From Haplodiscus bocki (Eukaryota): DNA of 64,000 bases. The stretch covers positions 6,572,001-6,636,000 of the forward strand of contig OZ296655.1 in assembly GCA_965655095.1 (NCBI GenBank), read 5' to 3'. Position 1 is the stretch's first letter; every line of letters begins with the position of its first letter. Below, piece after piece: positions 35,650-50,999 of the stretch. The notes below the pieces were generated by a model, which saw only the letters and a program-made list of their open reading frames with translations, searched no databases and was not told the DNA's origin. A program made the translations under genes and the position numbers.

Positions 35650-38198
35650 AAAGACAACTCTGGGGAATAAGCGAAAGTTAGCAGCCCTCAACAAGATAAA
35701 TCATGAGGAACATCTCAAAAACAACCAAGCAAGGGACATATATCCTCAAAAAGCATAAGAGAATTATATCACACAGGTCTCTGAGGAAATCGAAGGAAGA
35801 ATAACAAAGAAGCTTTCACAGGAGTTCAGTAGGACGGAGACTCGTATTTTGAGTATTTTGAGCGCTATCTCTCTCTCTCTCTCGGCTTGACGAGTTTCAT
35901 CTCAACCCAATAATTCAGTGCCAAGGCGGATCCCCTCTGAAGACATCCCGGAATGGATATGGCATAAATCAGGGAACAATCGAGGAAGAGTCCCAGAGTG
36001 ATCTTCATCCTGAACCAAGGGTCTCTCAGATCCAGAATGCGCAAGATTTTGCCCCATATGACGACTACGACATGGTGACAGAAGTTAAAGAAGAAGTCAC
36101 TTACTGTTTCCGTTGAAAATCTTCAGGCCACCAGAAAAAACTCTTTTTGCAAGTCAACCGTATTTGCACAGTCAAAACACACCTGCGACAATCGAAGCAG
36201 ATCAAACTTTGTTCACCATCCAGCAGTTGGCAAACAACACCGATTCTGCAATAATTAAAGCAACCTTCACCGAAACTCCAGGTTGCCATTGTCACTAACC
36301 ACAAAAAAGCCCCTGTTCGACGGGATAAACGAAACGTTTGAGTAATTTGAAGACCTTTTCCTAACAAACCTCCAAATTCACAACCAGCTGACTGAAGACG
36401 ACAGAATCAACTGCCTCCACTCCCTCATGAAGTGAGACGCCTTGCAGACTTTCGAAAACAATAACAAACACACCGAGAGAGTCTGGGAAACTTTTCCGTA
36501 GGAAGCAAGTAAAACCTCAGTCGTTGGGAACAACAAAACACAAGTTCCGAAAAGTTTTTTTCAATCCCGTAAATCAAAAAATAGTTGACCTCCTTGATAT
36601 TTTTAGAAATTGGCCAAAGACACAATCGGGATAGTTGCTCATGCCATCACCCGTGTATGGCGAAATGCCATCACACCTGAAGACTTGCACAAGTTGTCAC
36701 ACACCTTCAATGGGAATTAGAGCTGAACTATTTGGAAACTCCTGTTCATCTATAAGTGAACGCCAACATGCCACCAACACAAATACCGACAGACACAAAC
36801 TGACGTGCCACCACTGCAAAAAACCTGGATATTACAAAAATCAATGTCCACTCAAAAGACGAGGAAACCAATTTCCAGGCACTCGAAATAGTTCAGGAAA
36901 CAAAAGCAGTGGGGCCAATAATTCCATTCTTTTCATTAACAAAAACAGCATTAGCAAAAAGAATAATAGACCTCAACCAAGGCCAAAAACCCTTTACTCA
37001 CTCTGTCAGACATGTGAAAAAACAAACCACACCACAGAGAAGTGCTGCTTTGGAAGAAATGCAGCCACTTGACCGACTCCACGGAACAGATGACCAGAAG
37101 GACTGAATCTGGTCCAGCAAACAGACAATCAAAACAATTCAAATGAGAATTTTCACAAGGCAGCCCAAAATTTAAACTAGAAGCGCAACGTCTTCACTCC
37201 GGAACTGCAACTGACAGACCAGATGGTACTGACGCAGAAACTACTCGAACATTAGAGGTTTTTGTGCAGCAACATCCGGATATAACCGTGGAACCAACCA
37301 ACTCTATTAATATTCCTAATGATTCAATTTCTCAAATTCATCAAAAGATACATACGCCCCACGTAATACAAGGAAATGATGTAGAATCACGAATGTCCTC
37401 ACCAAAGGAAACCTCGGGTCGAAGTTTCGAAGCCGATATGGAACCGCCCTGGAAAACCAAATGAGGAACACAACAATACAGTGCCTCAACGAATCCCAGA
37501 AAAACCAACCAGAAATCCAAGAAACCCAAATTCATGCCACAAATTATTGCAGTGGAGGTTTTAGCATTCCCCTCTACCAGAATGACAACTTCACAGGTTG
37601 AAGAGAAACTCGTGATGGATGGAACGGCAAATGAACTTCACATGCCACTCTCCTCCACAACAATACTGAAACTAAAACGAAAGCTGTCAAAACCTCTGGA
37701 TTTCGAGAGCAACTCAACAATCGATGCCCTATTTGATTCAAGGCCGGAATTTGTTGCAACCACCCAGAATGAATTTGACAGAAACCAGCAACAACCCTCC
37801 GCCAATATCGTCAAAATTGACGATCCTCACAGTTTTCAAATTCAAGTGACAAATGGCAAAATAGAAAAACCGTTAGCAGCAGCCAGACTCAAGTTCGATG
37901 TTAGAAACCATAATTTTGCAGGAGGCTTTGTTGTAATGAAGAAATTGACAGGGCCAATTATTAGTTTGCACTTCATGAGACACAACAGAGTTGTCATTGA
38001 CACTACACATGGCCTCAATATTTTTCCTCACTTACTGATGCAAGTCAAAAGTTCCGCAAGTAAAATAGGCGCCAAACTTCAAACTGTTCTTCTTGACGAC
38101 GCCAAAACAAAACCACTATTGACAACGAAAACAATCGCAGCCTCTGTTGATCAGCCTCCGGAAAGGAACAGAACCGCTGCTGTGACGTTGCTGGAGAA
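35650..38198 (+). mobile_element. Ty3/Gypsy gag and protease region, truncated by the duplication junction (copy 1)
   Basis: Zinc knuckles CHHCKKPGYYKNQC and CQTCEKTNHTTEKC; protease IDALFDSR...IISLHFMR. Confidence 0.85.
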
Positions 38199-38623
38199 CA
38201 TGTTGATGGTAGATTTCCCCGTGAGCAAAGAAAATCTACATTACTGATTCGATAAAGATTTGTAAAGGGGCGTTGCAAAATACAGTAAGTCCTAAACAAT
38301 TCTTGATAAAAGTAACTTCTGTAGTGTAGCAAACTTGTATATTGATTTAAGGGCTGGAGTTTTTTTAGTTGACTTCGCCCAAAATCGAAACTTCACCATG
38401 GGACGATGAGCAAATTTGACGATTAGGAACTGTGTAATGAACTGGATGAATGAATGTTTTCGTTAAAACTTGGGTGATTCCAAATCTAAGAACAAGAATT
38501 AATTTTGTGACTTTTTGTCAGACTTTTATTACCAACCCGAAACGTGGGACATTGAGCCTAAATGCTGTGACAAATTTATTTGATAGCCTCGGCTGTGTAA
38601 GTTTTTTCAGATATACTGTAAAA

Positions 38624-41600
38624 TAACCGATGGCGCCAACGCGCAACAACTCAGCATCTGCGCCAAACACAGCAAAGAAGGACGACGGCAGCAATCACCT
38701 CATGGAGTGCACTGGACCTGGAATGGACGGGAATCTGGACAAACGTTTGGGTGTCTACGCCCATTCCCCAAAAACATCCTCGCAAGACCCTTTCTTTGCG
38801 GCTTCTGCGCTGTTGAGGAGCTGCAGGAGATGAAAACTTCTACTGTGGATGACCGGTTGCCAATCATAGAGGCTGCAGCATTGAACAGTGCGGGAGAACG
38901 CGCGCATAAACGGTGTAGAGGAGGAGCCGGATGAACCATCGCCAGGGTGGTTAGTGTGGCTGAAAAAAACCGGAATCACAATCACAGCTAAAGATGCTAG
39001 TACCTGTCACCGTTTAACGGGCGGAAGTAAGGGCCCAAAACCTTTAAAGGATAAACTTGTCCGGCAAGATACTGAGCACCAATTGACGAAGCACAAAAGG
39101 AATCTGAAGGAAACCAGTACCTTTGTAAATGATGACTTGAGCCTTTACGTGCAAAAAGAACCCGTGATTTTTGAGGAGAGAAGATCATGTTCGTGGTGGT
39201 GAAACTGCAAACGAGAAAACTATTGTATTTATCTACGAAATTCGAAAGCTGGTATTTGGTATTCTTTACCAGCTACAAAAGTGGGATAATGAGCTACTCT
39301 CTAATGCCTCCAATAGTTCGAAAAAAATTTCGTTGTCAAACCTTGGGATGTGTGACAAAATTTGTAACACTTTAGGTTTTTTCCTGTAGGCATCTTTACT
39401 CATGGGAAAGTTCCGTGACAAGGAAGAAAATCGTAGTCTTTAAACGAGCTATGAAATGTTTTCTCAGTTAACTGTGAAATTTAAAAAACCAATGTCCTTC
39501 ATTCACATTAACGTCCAAAGTGTAACAAAAAAACGGATGCAATTGAATTCTATTGTTAGTGAAATGGGCGAAAATGCTATATTTGGTATCTATGAAACGG
39601 GGCTCACGCTTGATGATGACTTATGTTTAAGGAACATCGCTTCTTCAACCCATGAACTGTATAGATGTGATAGAAGACGAAACAAGGAATAAAAGAAGGG
39701 TGGCAGTGTAATCTTTTTTGTACCTTTAAGACCAGCACCGCAAGAACGTGAAGGTTTGAAAACTTTTGATGAATCCGAATTTGAATCTTTATGGTTTGAA
39801 TGCTGCTGTAATTTTTCTGAAAAATTTAGGTCAAGAAGTCTTCTGAACGTAAGCTATAATCCTATGAAATCGAAACGAATTGACTTTCCCTACTACTTGT
39901 TGAGTAATATTGATAACGATATTTGCGAATCGCTTCTGATCACCGTGATGGGTAACTACAATTTTGTGTTTTTTACAACGTTTGAACGGGAAACACTGGC
40001 AACAGTGAATTTGTTCGTTTTTCAGTTGCTGGTTCAAGTTTGCCAACAAATATATGTGAAACTACGAAATGGCACCTTGATAAAAATCTAAGGGAAAGTA
40101 TACCAAAGCTTTGTTTTAGTAGTTCATTCGAAAACGATCACTTCGGTTGCGATCTATTTATAGACATTGCTGTTGAAAATCTCACTCGCATCATACTTCA
40201 TAGATTTGACAAGAGAAAGTATCACAATCGCTTTTTGCAAAGCATGGTCAGGACTCTCATGGTTTAAAGTATATCGGTTTTCAACTCTTAGTGATTTGTT
40301 TGATATGTTTGTCTATTTGTTGTTTACAGCTGTGGAAAAACATGCTCAACTCAAAAAAGTTTTCCTAACGAAGAAAATTCCGAAAGTTTTGAAAGAAACC
40401 TGGTTTGATCAAGACTGCAAAAGTTTGCTTGCTAAACGCCAACTCGCCTGTGCAAGTTACAGTCAAAATGCATCTGCTGATAATTGGTCTGCTTTTAGCA
40501 GAAGCCGATTGAAACTCACAAATGTTACAAAAGATAAACAGAAGTCATCCTCCCGAAAGTATTTTTCCTCCCATGGCTCTGCGAAAGACCGTTGGATTTT
40601 TTTAAATGCGTCAGAGGGAGAAATCTCCATTCAGTTAATCTCACAGCAGTACAAAACTCGTTTGGGCAGTTGATAGTCAATAACAATAAAACTGCCAATT
40701 ACAGTTTTTTACAATTAAAATACTTCAATTTCGTTTTTTCAAATCTAGGATAATACTTTCGCAAATTAATAGAAGAAGCCCCAATTTTACAGCTGCTAAA
40801 GGTTGTTTCTGTTTCTGGGCCGTATCAGAGAAAGATTATTTCGATATATTTAAAGACCTACACCCCAATAGGCCTACGGGTCCTTAAAAAATTCCCGCTT
40901 AGGCAATTTTTGACAGTAAACAAATTCCTGTTCCACATTTAACATTCAATTTAAATGAATGCATCAAAAACTGCAGCTTCACGGCGAAGCCAAAAAAAAG
41001 CTACCATAACCCCGATCTACAAAAAAAGTGATGTTCTGCATGCAGCAAATTATCGTGCCATCTCAGTTACTACATCGTTCTCGAAAATCGTCGAGCGTAC
41101 ATTACATAAGGAAATAACAAGGTATGTTGAAAATAAAGGATTACTTACACCGTTTCGATTTCGATTTAGAAGTGGGGTCTCATCACAAGATGCCATTGTT
41201 TGTTGTGTTGAAACACTTTGTCATGAAATAGAAAATGACGATTTGGTTCATGCAGTTTTTTTGGATTTACCTAAAGCTTTTGACTCAGTATCACATGAAA
41301 ATCTCTGAAAAAACTGAAATCACTGAATATCTTTCATTCGCTTATTGAATGCATTGAGAGTTTCTGGACGAAAAGATTACCGCAAGTTACAGTAAAGAGA
41401 ATATTCTGCGACTGCATTGAACTGAAACAAGGTGTTCCTCAAAGAAGTGTGCTGGCACCCTTGCTGTTCAACTTTTATCTAAAAGAATTAAGATCTCGAA
41501 TCAAATTCTTGCAAATGCTCATAAAGTTCAATATGCTGATGATTGCTTGCTCTATTACAGCTGTAGTGACTCGGAGATTGCACTCAACCGCTCACAAAAA

Positions 41601-42424
41601 ATATAGTAAACCTGGAAAATACTTCTTTTAACCGGTTGAACCTGAACGACAGTACAACAGAAATAACCACTTTTTCTCGCAAAAATGATAAACGTCTGCA
41701 GAACTCAGAAACAGTTGTAGTAGGCTCATCCAGAACTGAAAAGTTGAATCAGTGTAAGTATCTAGGTGTAGCAGTTGTTAAGCGCATAGATTTTCCAACT
41801 GAAACCAAAAATATGTCGGAAAAAGGCCCTGGGTAATAAAAACCATCATTTTTATACAACGTAAATTTCCAACAACAGTTCTTCTCATGCTTTTCCAAGC
41901 TCTTGTTTTGTGTCATTTCGAACATTCTGCTTTATTTCTGATGCAAACTACCTCAACGCGTTTACTAGCGTTAGAGAAAAAGATGAATTGGTCTTCAAAG
42001 TCTGTTCATTTTCGTTCCAGTATCCAACTTTCTTGTGGTTTGAGAATATACAAAAGTACACTCAGCGTTCGGCAACTTACAGAACTGAAGTCATTGACCT
42101 TTTTCCTCCAGTTAACCAACAAAGAAAACCTTCATAGGCAGAATAAAGTTACCCACCGCATGTTTTCGATTGAACAACCGTTCAAATCAAATATTTCGTT
42201 TGGGGAAGGTACCATCGGTTTTATCTTCCTCGAAGTTTTCTTTCACCACATTTCTTTGAAGTGGAACTCACTGCCCCTAAGTATGTGTGATACAAGTGGA
42301 GGTCTTCAGATAATCAAAAGTAGACTAAAAAGTTTCTTTTTAAGTGAGACTAATGCAGTCTCTTGATTTCCGTTTCACAAAACCCGATGCCTTAGTAATA
42401 CAACGATAAAATCATTTATGTTCG
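38624..42424 (+). mobile_element. Decayed CR1/L2-like LINE, copy 2
   Basis: Duplicate of 30100-33900. Confidence 0.9.
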
Positions 42425-44174
42425 ATGCATAAATCGTTCACACTTTATTGTATACCTATAGTCAGCTATCTCTATACAAAAACCATTGTTATAAATCACT
42501 CTTTCTTTCTTTCTCACGTTTCACTGAACCAAGTAGTGTTTTGTTTCAGAAGCAACAATTCTGTAGTTGTTTTGGAATGTGACAATCAGGGTAATAACAG
42601 AATTCATTCCTCTTGAACAGGTATGCTTCATTAAGTTTGACGCTAAAGTTCGAGAATCCAATAAACATGAGAACTGCTTCGTTATTGAGCCCGTAAGTCT
42701 AAGGATACTTTTATCCCATCGATTGCAGTGGACAACTTTGCCACGTATTAGAGAGTTAGAGAGGTCCTGCCCTATTTTTTGGACAGAAACCGTGAAATCG
42801 AAGTTCTTTGTCATCGGGCGAAAAAATTTTCGCAGAATGTTGGGTAGTGGATACTTGTGTAGAGAAGACTGACTTTTGGATCAACATCGCTTGCGTCCGA
42901 CACATCTTCATATCTGATCACGCCTATGGTAAAAACAGAATGCTGAATTGCTTGATATTATAATTTAAAAATTTGAAGTGTCTTTCCTGTCGGTATTTGA
43001 CAAAGTGTTTTGTGTCCCAGCATTTCTTCAATGCATGCGGTCAAGCCCTGTCGAAAAAAAGACTACCCAGTACTCGCAATGGAACTAAAACTTCCAAAAC
43101 TTTCCTACACTGGTACAACTTTTGTTTATGTAAACTGATGCGTTTTTTATACGGATCACTTTACCAGACTCATTCAGAGTATTTTAACTTGGAAAATACT
43201 GTTTTTACATCAAGTTACTTAGTGAATATTGAAAATGAATCCACCTTTTGAATGTAAGTAATTTGATTGATTGCAGTAAGTGCAGTTCAAAACAGTGGCT
43301 AAAATCAAAATTGTGCTGAAAGTAGGTTGACCAAGTTACAGTGCATTTGACTCTAGGAGTGATGATTTGCTCCGTAGGTCTTCCGTCGCTGCTAGTCTGG
43401 TGACGTCATTTCTGCTCCAATACCTATGCCGTGCTGCACTACTGTGGTGAATACGGCGTGACTCCGTGTTCGTTTCTCATTTGATTACAGTCTGTCTCAT
43501 TCAACTACTACTAATGGTGCCTACGGATTTATCCGAAAACTACTCATTGATACTCGTCTGAATGAGGCCTACATTAGAAGTGCTACTAGTTTCTGATCAT
43601 TTCCTAAAGAGTAAAGACTAATGAAATAAATTGTGATGAAGCATACATTAATGTGTTGATGAATATTAATTTTTGTTTTCTTCCCATTTTCCCATTAAAG
43701 TTGCTAATACTCCACGAATTTCTTTAGTAATTCATCTGTTATTTTTCCATTTTGCAATTCAAAAAATGAGCTGTATTTGTAAAATGAAATGCGGGCTCGT
43801 GAATAAGCAGTTTCTCATCCATTTTTGACAGATTAGGTTTATCCATTTTCCTTCGAAGGACGAAAACGAGGCGTCCTAGCAGGAAGAAATGGATGTAAAG
43901 GTTCTTCATTGCCACCAGCATCGGCATTTTACTCTTTTATTTTGGATTTTGTCAGTGTATTTTTCCCCATTTGTACCTTCACGTGGCGTTTAAACAAATG
44001 TGTCTCCCGCCAAGAAGACGGTATAAACAGCCGAAAAAGAATTTTTTTCTTGTACTGATGAAAGTAACCAGTTAATTTTGTTTTCCTACGATAAACACTT
44101 TTTACTATTGCCCAGTTGATTTCCGTAGAAAATTAATTCGAACTTCACCGCTATACTTTGTTTTCCCATACAGA

Positions 44175-47100
44175 AAGACAACTCTGGGGAATAAGCGAAA
44201 GTTAGCAGCCCTCAACAAGATAAATCATGAGGAACATCTCAAAAACAACCAAGCAAGGGACATATATCCTCAAAAAGCATAAGAGAATTATATCACACAG
44301 GTCTCTGAGGAAATCGAAGGAAGAATAACAAAGAAGCTTTCACAGGAGTTCAGTAGGACGGAGACTCGTATTTTGAGTATTTTGAGCGCTATCTCTCTCT
44401 CTCTCTCTCGGCTTGACGAGTTTCATCTCAACCCAATAATTCAGTGCCAAGGCGGATCCCCTCTGAAGACATCCCGGAATGGATATGGCATAAATCAGGG
44501 AACAATCGAGGAAGAGTCCCAGAGTGATCTTCATCCTGAACCAAGGGTCTCTCAGATCCAGAATGCGCAAGATTTTGCCCCATATGACGACTACGACATG
44601 GTGACAGAAGTTAAAGAAGAAGTCACTTACTGTTTCCGTTGAAAATCTTCAGGCCACCAGAAAAAACTCTTTTTGCAAGTCAACCGTATTTGCACAGTCA
44701 AAACACACCTGCGACAATCGAAGCAGATCAAACTTTGTTCACCATCCAGCAGTTGGCAAACAACACCGATTCTGCAATAATTAAAGCAACCTTCACCGAA
44801 ACTCCAGGTTGCCATTGTCACTAACCACAAAAAAGCCCCTGTTCGACGGGATAAACGAAACGTTTGAGTAATTTGAAGACCTTTTCCTAACAAACCTCCA
44901 AATTCACAACCAGCTGACTGAAGACGACAGAATCAACTGCCTCCACTCCCTCATGAAGTGAGACGCCTTGCAGACTTTCGAAAACAATAACAAACACACC
45001 GAGAGAGTCTGGGAAACTTTTCCGTAGGAAGCAAGTAAAACCTCAGTCGTTGGGAACAACAAAACACAAGTTCCGAAAAGTTTTTTTCAATCCCGTAAAT
45101 CAAAAAATAGTTGACCTCCTTGATATTTTTAGAAATTGGCCAAAGACACAATCGGGATAGTTGCTCATGCCATCACCCGTGTATGGCGAAATGCCATCAC
45201 ACCTGAAGACTTGCACAAGTTGTCACACACCTTCAATGGGAATTAGAGCTGAACTATTTGGAAACTCCTGTTCATCTATAAGTGAACGCCAACATGCCAC
45301 CAACACAAATACCGACAGACACAAACTGACGTGCCACCACTGCAAAAAACCTGGATATTACAAAAATCAATGTCCACTCAAAAGACGAGGAAACCAATTT
45401 CCAGGCACTCGAAATAGTTCAGGAAACAAAAGCAGTGGGGCCAATAATTCCATTCTTTTCATTAACAAAAACAGCATTAGCAAAAAGAATAATAGACCTC
45501 AACCAAGGCCAAAAACCCTTTACTCACTCTGTCAGACATGTGAAAAAACAAACCACACCACAGAGAAGTGCTGCTTTGGAAGAAATGCAGCCACTTGACC
45601 GACTCCACGGAACAGATGACCAGAAGGACTGAATCTGGTCCAGCAAACAGACAATCAAAACAATTCAAATGAGAATTTTCACAAGGCAGCCCAAAATTTA
45701 AACTAGAAGCGCAACGTCTTCACTCCGGAACTGCAACTGACAGACCAGATGGTACTGACGCAGAAACTACTCGAACATTAGAGGTTTTTGTGCAGCAACA
45801 TCCGGATATAACCGTGGAACCAACCAACTCTATTAATATTCCTAATGATTCAATTTCTCAAATTCATCAAAAGATACATACGCCCCACGTAATACAAGGA
45901 AATGATGTAGAATCACGAATGTCCTCACCAAAGGAAACCTCGGGTCGAAGTTTCGAAGCCGATATGGAACCGCCCTGGAAAACCAAATGAGGAACACAAC
46001 AATACAGTGCCTCAACGAATCCCAGAAAAACCAACCAGAAATCCAAGAAACCCAAATTCATGCCACAAATTATTGCAGTGGAGGTTTTAGCATTCCCCTC
46101 TACCAGAATGACAACTTCACAGGTTGAAGAGAAACTCGTGATGGATGGAACGGCAAATGAACTTCACATGCCACTCTCCTCCACAACAATACTGAAACTA
46201 AAACGAAAGCTGTCAAAACCTCTGGATTTCGAGAGCAACTCAACAATCGATGCCCTATTTGATTCAAGGCCGGAATTTGTTGCAACCACCCAGAATGAAT
46301 TTGACAGAAACCAGCAACAACCCTCCGCCAATATCGTCAAAATTGACGATCCTCACAGTTTTCAAATTCAAGTGACAAATGGCAAAATAGAAAAACCGTT
46401 AGCAGCAGCCAGACTCAAGTTCGATGTTAGAAACCATAATTTTGCAGGAGGCTTTGTTGTAATGAAGAAATTGACAGGGCCAATTATTAGTTTGCACTTC
46501 ATGAGACACAACAGAGTTGTCATTGACACTACACATGGCCTCAATATTTTTCCTCACTTACTGATGCAAGTCAAAAGTTCCGCAAGTAAAATAGGCGCCA
46601 AACTTCAAACTGTTCTTCTTGACGACGCCAAAACAAAACCACTATTGACAACGAAAACAATCGCAGCCTCTGTTGATCAGCCTCCGGAAAGGAACAGAAC
46701 CGCTGCTGTGACGTTGCTGGAGAAATTGACAGAAACAGCAACTCTGCCGTTCTCCCAATCAACTTCAACATAACTGAATAGCATTTACATCAACTTACAC
46801 AATGGAACCATTTTACAGTATCAGAAAGAATACACATTGCCCGTTTCTCCGTAGTAACTACGGAGCAACCGAAGCTCGTCAAACCAGTGGACACGGCGAT
46901 CCTCAGTATGATTCGGCAAGAGAAGCAGGACCTGACCAGTTACCTGATTGAGTTCCTCGGGACAAACAAATCGGAACAACAAAACAACACAATTTGATTT
47001 CCGACACCTGAAAATCCAGGTAAAAAAGGATCTTACAGCAATACAGACAGGAATTCTCAAACAAATGAAGGAACTGATGGAGAAAGGAGAACTGAACACC

Positions 47101-50100
47101 ACAGACAACCTTGAATAAAAAAACTTTCATGCACGAAATGATGGGACTGATATCCTGCTGGCGCAAGCTGAGAAACAAGCAGTAGAGGATATTCTGGTTG
47201 AACACCTTGACAATTTTGCCAGACATCCAAAGGCTATTGGGGTGAACACATAGTTCAAGGTGATACTAAGACCAAAAGATGACGAAGCTGTCTGCAGCCA
47301 AAACCTACCAATGCCAATTCACCTAGAGGAAGATTTATTCGTAGAGTTGATTCTGATGCACAAATGTGGGATGATCACAGTACTGCCTTTCTCCGAATCC
47401 GCAAGTCCCATTCTTGCACAAAAAAACCTAACGGAAAACGTTTCCTTGTGAATCTCAAAAAATTCAACATTTTATTTGCAGATGATTACACTAATACTTA
47501 TCATCCCGTCAGCGCTTTGTCAGATGCAACACAGCATTTGGCAGGAATATCGCTTTTCTGCAAGCTGGATGGCTACCGAACGCAACACTCTTTGCACTTG
47601 GCGGACCAACGGTCAGTGTAAATGCTTGCATTCAATTTTGCTGGCAGACCATTTGCCTGTAAAACAGTTGCACAGTTTCTCAGCAGATCTATTTATTGTT
47701 TTTTAAGCTTCATGCGTGACTCTTTGGAGCCTGTTGGCAAAACTGACCAATGTGCTCAATAGGAGGGCGATTTTGGGGTGGCAGCCAACAATATTGCTAC
47801 GGATCCTATTGGGAAGAATCGGGCTTTCTTCAAGTGCAATCGCCACGCAAAAAAGAAACTAAGAATAAAAAAGTGCCATTATGGAATCAGAAAAGTTGAA
47901 TTCTAAAGCACAACCATTTCACAAAAAGTAATTCCACCACAAGCTGGGAAAATTCAAAATTTCTTAGCAAACTTAGATTTCACAAATCAAAAAACGAAAT
48001 ACAGCGTTTTCTTGAAGTTATGAAGTATTACGAGAACTATATTCTCAAAATGCTTGGAAAACTCAACCCATTCTACTAGCTCCTTTAAGCAGAAACGCCT
48101 TGCATTATAATGTCAAACATCAGGGAAACCTTTTGATTCGGTGAATGAAAGCCCCAGCGAAGCTCGTGAATTAGCAGTAAAACAGCTTCTTCTGGCAACA
48201 CATCTCGTCTTGATGAAAAACGCAAGATTCAGAAGCGCTGGGTACGCCCTAAAAATGAGGATGATCTGCATTAGAAAATCCAATCAAAGAGCAAAACCTA
48301 TGCACTTGTGACGTTCGGATCAAAAAACCCTTGCGCAACTCAGAATGTCCATTTACTCGGAAGAACTTTTAGCAACCTACATGGCATTTTCGAAATTTCA
48401 CCGTCTATGGAGCCAATCTTTGTTCTGACTGATGAAAAATCAGTCACGCTCTTCCAAACGAAAACAATTCCACCGTCAATCTTGAAGCCTTGTGATTATG
48501 TATTGCAATTCAGTTTCAAAATAGCGCACATTGTCGGATCAGTCAGAACAGCAGCTGACGTTCACTGTAGACTAGTATTAAAGTCACGGAGCAAATACGT
48601 CTCAAAATCCGGGAAGACATACAAACAACGCCCCTTGATTTGACAACATATTACATGGACGTCGTTCATGCGGAACAGTTTTTTTAACCCAAGCAGACAA
48701 GGAGAATCAGTCCGAAGAACAGACCCTTGAAAATAAAAAACAAATCCGGCAAGCCGCAAAAGAATGTCTAGCAAATGACGAACCATCTTTTTTGGGAGCT
48801 AGTGTCAAAGAAAGACGCCACGTTGTATTCCATGAATGGAATCAAAGCAGATGCACAAAAACGTGTGGAACAGGACGCCAATCTAGTGTCGAGGAAGATA
48901 AAATTGAAACGTCTAACACGTACATATGATGAATCACTCCTGACGACAGACAAACGATACAAGCATTACAAAGCAAATGAGGATGGATTATTCGTCAGAG
49001 ATGGCCTACAACTCCTGAAACAGTACAGAGAAAATGGTAGCGTCAAAAACTTCGAAATTTTCAAACCGAAGTAACTGGTTAAAGAAGAACCTACACGGGG
49101 AATTTGTAGACATTTCGGAACCGGCAAGACACAAACTCCGTACAGAGAGAAGTGTTACTACAAAAAGATGGCGCACTTAGTCAGGAAGCGCGTCATGTCT
49201 TGTGAGCAATCCACCAAAAAATCACTCACCCGCCCAACCCAGCAAATCCTAGTGAATACAACACAAGACCCGAAGAGGACTTGCAGTTTGACGTATTACC
49301 GGAACTACCTCCGTGCAGTGGCGTGGCTACCAAAACATAGATACGGCAATGGATATGCACTCCAGTTGTTTTTAGGCCTACCCCACAACAAATTAAGATT
49401 GTAAAACGGTTTCCGAAGTCATAATCGACATCCTTACGAAGCATGCATATCTGCCGACAAGGATCATTTGTGACAAGGGATCAGCATTCTTATCCCAAAT
49501 TATCAAAGAAGTAGCAGATTTTCTAGGAATCACCCTAGAAAATGCCACAACAAAGCATGCACAGATAATTGACATGCTCACGACAACACATGCTTCATTG
49601 AACAAAGGAAACAAATTAAAGACACGTGAACAAAGATGAATGTGGAGCAAGTATGTCAACTTTGCTGTCAAAAACTACAACACGTCCTTCCACACAAGCA
49701 ATGGGTGTGAACATACTCGAGTGTTCCTGAGACATGTTCCGTGCAATGTCTTTGATTGGGAAAGGAGCATTGGTCCATAGAAGCTATTCACTATCTACAC
49801 CTAATTCTCAAAATCGACAAGACGTTCCTGAGCAAACCGAAATGATTCTACAAGGTGTAGGTAAAAATGCAACGCAGGCCTAAATCAAGTGCGAAGCCTA
49901 CTACCACAAAACAGCAAACGCTTTTAAACTCCAAGAACGCGTTTACCTCTCTGTGCTACAACCGAAAGCAGACCATCATGGCAGTAAACTTCTTTTCACA
50001 GACCTCCACTGGATTGGGCATTATTTTGTCGCACACTCTTTACCAAATAACAACTACTTGGTACGCATCATCTGAACAAATAATACGCAGGTCCTTCTTC

Positions 50101-50540
50101 GTATCGACTTTGACCGTTCACGCCTGAAGAACTCGTACCTGACGTAGTAACCACGTCACAAGAATAAAAAATTAACCCTGAAGCTGTCTTTAAACATGAT
50201 GATCTGACCGCCAGAGCATGGGAATCTGATTTTGGAAAGCTTATTTTTACAATGGTCAAAATGAATTAAACCCACCTAGCCCACGTAGAGTAAGAGTAGA
50301 ATCTCACCACAGGAATGCTGAAACGGGTAGCACACCAGGAACCACCCGAGTTAGTTGCCCTAAAATTGTCCCCCAAATAGACGGATTATGTGACAAAACG
50401 AATACGGATCACTACATGCAACCTGATGCGGATATAGATGAGTATCAACCTAACTCCAATCCTACCATCCCCCGCAGTGCAAAATATGATCTATGTCATG
50501 TTCTGAAACCTAAATGTAACGACAACTACAGATAATAATT
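44175..50540 (+). mobile_element. Decayed Ty3/Gypsy LTR retrotransposon, gag-pol (PR-RT-RH-INT)
   Basis: Gag knuckles; protease; RT ITVLPFSESASPILAQK, FCKLD and Q*EGD (from YVDD); RNase H VLTDEKSVT; integrase PTRIICDKGSAF...LENATTKHAQ. Domain order is Gypsy-type. Confidence 0.9.
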
Positions 50541-50999
50541 TCTCCATCTACCTTAGTTTTTGCCATCAAACGCATGAGTACATGTTCCAAAAATCCAAGG
50601 AACGTGTTACAAGCCGATAACTTTTAGTTACAAAGTCTTTTCCTACTCTTCATTGGTCACTCCTTAGCGACTAACCTACCTATTTCTCAGTCTTGCTTGC
50701 TTTAAAATCACGAACAATATTGCTGATTTTAGATTATACACACGAGACTGATCCCAGACTATTCTACAAAGTCATTTTCGGCCAACAAAACTAAAATAAT
50801 TACAAAAAATACATCAGTGTAATATTTCCAGGGAGGAAAGAAGCTTTAGCAACCCGGTAACAGCACTTTAAACGCAATTGCAGGGGAAAAACTAGTTGGA
50901 AAACCCCGTATGAAAAACGGGTGCGGCCTTTCGATCCCGACCGCTCCGTGGCGGTGTACCACTGGAAGGCTGAGGTGTCATAGCAAGAGCAAATTTCAG

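Larger units (their letters stand above)
29675..46724 (+). repeat. Near-identical direct tandem duplication (copy 1 29675-38198, copy 2 38199-46724)
   Basis: Constant offset of 8524 bp (8526 after a CT microsatellite) with identical ORF sets. Junction ...ctggagaa|catgttgatgg. Confidence 0.97.
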
